DNA of 64,000 bases. Origin: Octopus sinensis (Eukaryota). The notes under the pieces were generated by a model. That model searched no databases and was not told the origin of the DNA. It was given only the letters and a program-made list of their open reading frames with translations. Of the stretch, positions 59,230 to 64,000 are shown in pieces. The stretch's first letter is position 1; the number at the start of each line of letters is the position of its first letter. The stretch is taken from the NCBI RefSeq assembly GCF_006345805.1, contig NC_043003.1:81716001-81780000 (forward strand). Reading direction: 5' to 3'. The position numbers and the translations under genes are program-made.

Positions 59230-59768
59230 ATACATATATATATATATATATTATATGTATGTGTGTGTATATGTGTATTATGTATATATTTATATATATA
59301 TATATATGTATATGTATATGTATGTGTGTGTGTATATGTATATATGTGTATATATATGAGTGTACGCGAGTATGTCGATGTATATGTAGGTATGTAGAGT
59401 TATGTGTATGTGCATGTATGTGAGTGTAGATACAAACTGTAGAAGCGTATATATATGTGTGTGTATATATACATGTATATAGGTATATGTATGTGGTGTG
59501 TATATATATATATATATATATGTATATGCGAGAGTATGTAGAGATATAAGTATGTGCATGTGTATATATGTGTGTATATATGTATAGGTATGTGTATGTG
59601 TATGTATGTTATATATATATATGTGTGTGTGTATGTATGCATATATGTATGTATGTATGTATATGTGTATGTGTATGTATATATATGTGTGTAAGTGTGT
59701 GTATATATGTATATGTAAGTGTGTGTGCGTGTATGAGATGTATGTAATGTGCACACATGTATATGTGT

Positions 59769-59847
<79 letters not shown>

Positions 59848-60079
59848 GTGTATGTGTATGTATGTATGTATATATATGCGTGTGTATGTGTATGTGTATA
59901 TGTACATATACGTGTACGCTCGTGTGTTTATGTATATGTAGGTACGTAGAGTTATCTATGTGTGTAGTATTTGTACATGTGTGTAAGTATGTATATATAT
60001 ATTATATATATGTGTATATGTGTGTGTAATATGTATATGTATATATGTATATGTATATATATGTGTATATATATGTATA

Positions 60080-60129
<50 letters not shown>

Positions 60130-61196
60130 AAGTTTATATGTATGTATCCGTCTATATAATAGGTAACTGCACGTACATATACTTATTATTATTTTTTGAG
60201 ATGCATGTAAGTATGAATAAAGGAGGCACGTGTGTGTGTGTATGTGTAAGCATAGAATATGTATACTTTTACGCATGTGTGTACTTATGTGTATATATGG
60301 ATGCGCGTGTGTGTGTGTGTGTGTATGGGTACGCATGTACATGTGTATGTGCGTGTATGTGTATATGAGTATGTATGTATGTGTGTGCGTATATTTGTAT
60401 ATGTATGTATGTATATGTATGTGTGTGTATGTATATATATAGATATATATATATATATTATATATGTATGTGTGTATGTGTATGTATGTATATGTATATG
60501 CGTATGTGTATGTATTTGTATGTGTATGCATGCGCGTATATATATGTACGTATATGTATACGTATGGGTGTGTGTATGTGTATAAATGTATGTATGTATG
60601 GATGTATGTATGTATGTATGTATACGTATGTATGTGTATGTGTGTATATGTATGCATGTGTATGTGTGTGTATATGTATATATATATATGTATATGTGTA
60701 TATGTATGAATATGTATATATATATGTATATATATATGTATGTATATATATGTGGATATGTATGTATATGTATATATATATATATATGTATGTATTTGTA
60801 TGTAGGTGTATATGTATGTGTGTGTATTTATATTTATTTGTGTATATGTATAGACTAGCCTTCTAAGAGTGTAGACATGAATCTGTAAGTACGCGTACGA
60901 ATGTGTATATACGTGAATGTATGTAGATGTATGTATGTATGAATATAACGCGTGCGTGCGCGTATGTGTACGAGTGTGCGAATGAGTGAGTGTACGTGCT
61001 AAAGAGTGTGCGTGAGTAAATGAGTGCTTGTTTTCCAGTAGACAGATAAATGGACTGGCTGTCATAGCCAAGATGTTTGTGACCAGCGATCAAAGATAAC
61101 AAAAGTAATAATGAAGATAATAAAATTAAATTAGGGATGGGTCTGTATTTGTATGTGTATATATATGTGTGTATGTGTAGGTATGCATAGGTACAC

Positions 61197-61236
<40 letters not shown>

Positions 61237-61905
61237 ATGTATGTGTGTGTATATGTGTGTGTATGTGTATATATGCGTATTTAGGGACTAGTGTGCTGTG
61301 TGTGCATATGTGTTTGTGGATATGTGTGTGTATGCGTGTATGTGAGTATGTGTGTGTATGTGTATATATATTTTTCTGTGTGTATATGTATGTGTGGTCG
61401 TGTGTGTATATATACATGTGTGTATACGTGTATGCATGTGAGTGTGTGTATGTATACATATATATGTGTATGTGTAGATATGTATATGTATGTGTAAGTG
61501 TATATATATGTATATATGTGTGTGTGTACGTATGTGTGTATGTATATGTATATATGTTTGTACGTGTGTGTATATATGTATACATATGTGCATAGGTATA
61601 AGTGAGAATCTCCTTATTTACCTAACACTCTATTCCCTTTTTTTATATATATTTTTATATATTTTTTTATTTATTTTTTTATTTTTTAATTTATTCTTCT
61701 CTCTAATTTAATACTGACTCCTTGACCACTCCCCCAAGTATGATATTTTGCGCTATGCCTACCCCCCAAAAGTCCCCCACCAACACCCCTTTAAACCTGC
61801 CTAAATGTATAAATGCCAATACAATTCTTGTTAACTAGCTTCCTGAATATTTCTCTTGAATGAAACAGTTCTAGTCCTGTAGAAGCTCCTTCTATATAAT
61901 AAATT
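58889..61905 (+). repeat. Right arm of the inverted repeat (3' pLTR of PLE copy A)
   Basis: Follows the endonuclease region in sense orientation and ends in an HHR. A ~70-bp extension runs to the (TA)n at ~61975. Confidence 0.93.
61837..61887 (+). ncRNA. Type I hammerhead motif with G8->U core substitution
   Basis: AGCTTC-CTGAATA-TTTCTCTTGAAT-GAAAC-AGTTCTAGTCCT-GTA-GAAGCT. Identical to the left copy except CTGAATA versus CTGAAGA. Confidence 0.8.
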
Positions 61906-61974
61906 AATTTTACTCTACTATGTATTGAGTACCTTATTTACTGTGGTTAACCCCGAATCAACCCGGGACCTACA

Positions 61975-62023
<49 letters not shown>

Positions 62024-63342
62024 ATATATATTATATATATATATATCTGTCTATACATGAATAGACAGATAGGTAGAGAGAGACTTAAATGTAAGAAATT
62101 ATAAACATACAACGAACTACTCCGTTCTTATCCGAAAGCTGTTTGTTATGAGCAGAAGAAAAGTACAGAAATCAATACCGGAGTAGATATCTTGGATAAA
62201 TGCGTTAATGTGCCAACTCTGATCCTACTGAGAGGCTAACTACACTTTATGGAAATGTCAAAAATAGTACACCAGGAAAAATGTCCAGTTGCCTTATCTC
62301 AGTAAAAATATTCCAATGAGTAGCAATATATGTATATATATATATGTGTGCATATAGTTCGAATTCTATGAATTATTCATGCTATTTAAAAGGATTGAAA
62401 AAATGTAAGAAATCCATAATAATAATGAAAAAAGAGAACACTTCCAACCTCGCATGAACATTTTTCACGTTTATGAATTTACGATACATTATCTATTCAT
62501 ATATTGATCTTTTTTTTAGGTGAAAGTTGGCGGTCATATTTGACATATCGAGCTCCTTTCCTAGAAAGCTGAAACGTTGTGTATGCTGCACACGTGACCT
62601 GTCATTTCAAAATACTTTGCATATATGAATTGTGCCCTACGAAAACATATTATTTTAAATATCTTTGCCAATAATGTTCAAATTCAGTCACATATTACCT
62701 ACATACGTAAATATAAAAGCATTAATAATGTATGTCTAATTTTGTAAATAAAATTACGAATCTATGGTTACACGATCTCTTTTTACGACACAAAGAACTT
62801 TATCAGTCCATGATGAGACCACGTTGGAGAAAGGCTATACTGGGAAATTTGTACTAAAATTTGTTAGTCCTTAATCTTTTCTGCCTTTATTTTCGGGAAA
62901 TACATACATACAACATGTGTCGTACCTGTTAAGTAAGAATATTGTAATTATAAAGCTTTATCTGGGTGCCGTTTTATCTAAAATTGTTTCTGCTACTTTA
63001 GATATGAATTATATAATTCTAGAATCTCAGGTTACTAATACTCTCAGGTTGATGAATTCTTAGAATTGTTAGAGAATGCTGAACAAACGACCTGCTCAAA
63101 TTTACCTTACGTTCATTTGTTAAATAAACTACCACCCCATTTATCAGGTCAATTTTTATTTCTTTTGTATTGTATTTTCTCTGCTGCCTCCTCATCCTCT
63201 CTTTCATCACGGAATTTTATTACAATTCAAAAGTTCAAGCTTTTCGTATTCTATCTCGCCGATTGGTCATGAGACTTGCTTTAAGATTAATCGTGCTTGT
63301 GAATTACACGTTCATTCACATAAAACATAATCCACTATCTTC

Positions 63343-64000
63343 TAATGGTTTGGCAACTAAGTTCCCGCGGTTTTTTAAATTAAAATTTTTTATAAGATTT
63401 AATAAAAAATAACAGTTAATCAATAATGTATTCACCCTTGTTGTTTAAAATTTCTTCCCAACGTTCAACAAGATTTTCAATACCTTGTTGGTAAAAATCA
63501 CCTGATTTCGACTCGAAAATTGATTCAACCAAGCTCTCAATTCTTCACCAGTATTGAACGAAACTCCGCGCATAGCATTTGAAAGCGATCGAAAGAGGTG
63601 GAAATCCCTTGGTGCCAAATCAGGAAACTATGGCTGGGAAGTGTGGCAGCACTTCCCAGCCATACGTTTGAATTGTTTCCTTAGTCATAATGGCGATATG
63701 AGGGCTGACGTTGTCGTGCAGCAGACGAATTTCATGCTGACGATTAAGTATTTTCTCGTGATAAGTCGTTCCATCTGTTGAACATAGAGTTCCGTGTTGA
63801 CCGTTTGGTTCCGTTCAAGCAATTCGTAATGGATAATCCCTTCCCAGTCCCACCATACGCACAACATCGTTTTTCGCGGATGATTTTGTTTCACGCGCGG
63901 TGTCGCTTGTTTATATGGGTTAAACCATTCCTTACGCTGCTTCATATTGATGTACAAGCAACATTTTCCGTCGACAGTAACGATTCGTTAAAGAAATCGT
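63343..64000 (-). mobile_element. mariner element 3' part (continues past the window end)
   Basis: TIR TA-ATGGTTTGGCAACTAAGTT. Frames give [28 protein letters not shown] and ..GIENLVERWEEI..NKGEYIID*. Confidence 0.9.

Noticed and set aside
59956-61071. 371-aa ORF and the many other H/T/Y/I/C/V-rich ORFs
   Set aside because: They are translations of CA/TA/TG microsatellites with no protein signal.
54442-61905. Inverted repeat as a pure missed-adapter read artefact
   Set aside because: A unique 1.4-kb spacer, block indels between the arms and a fit to known PLE inverted-pLTR structure argue against it. Not fully excluded without raw reads.

Overview
AT-rich, repeat-dense animal genomic DNA, most likely Octopus (inferred from recognisable octopus-type tRNA-derived SINEs and the extreme TA/CA microsatellite load). 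I found no host protein-coding gene, rRNA, tRNA gene or CRISPR array that I can support. Nearly all long ORFs in the track are translations of microsatellites. Recognisable content is mobile DNA: SINEs (two with clean TSDs), R4/Dong-like and RTE-like LINE remnants, three mariner remnants, pogo-like and piggyBac-like remnants and a Helentron-type HINE. The most striking part is a set of Penelope-like elements (PLEs) and their hammerhead ribozyme (HHR) motifs. At 48.8-62 kb, four PLE copies sit close together. The largest is a ~7.5 kb structure: two ~3 kb inverted arms, made mostly of microsatellite, flank a 1.4 kb RT-thumb/GIY-YIG fragment, and each arm ends in a type I HHR (left core intact, right core G8->U). 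About ten HHR-like motifs occur in the window. All protein and RNA calls were made by eye; no database search or folding was run.
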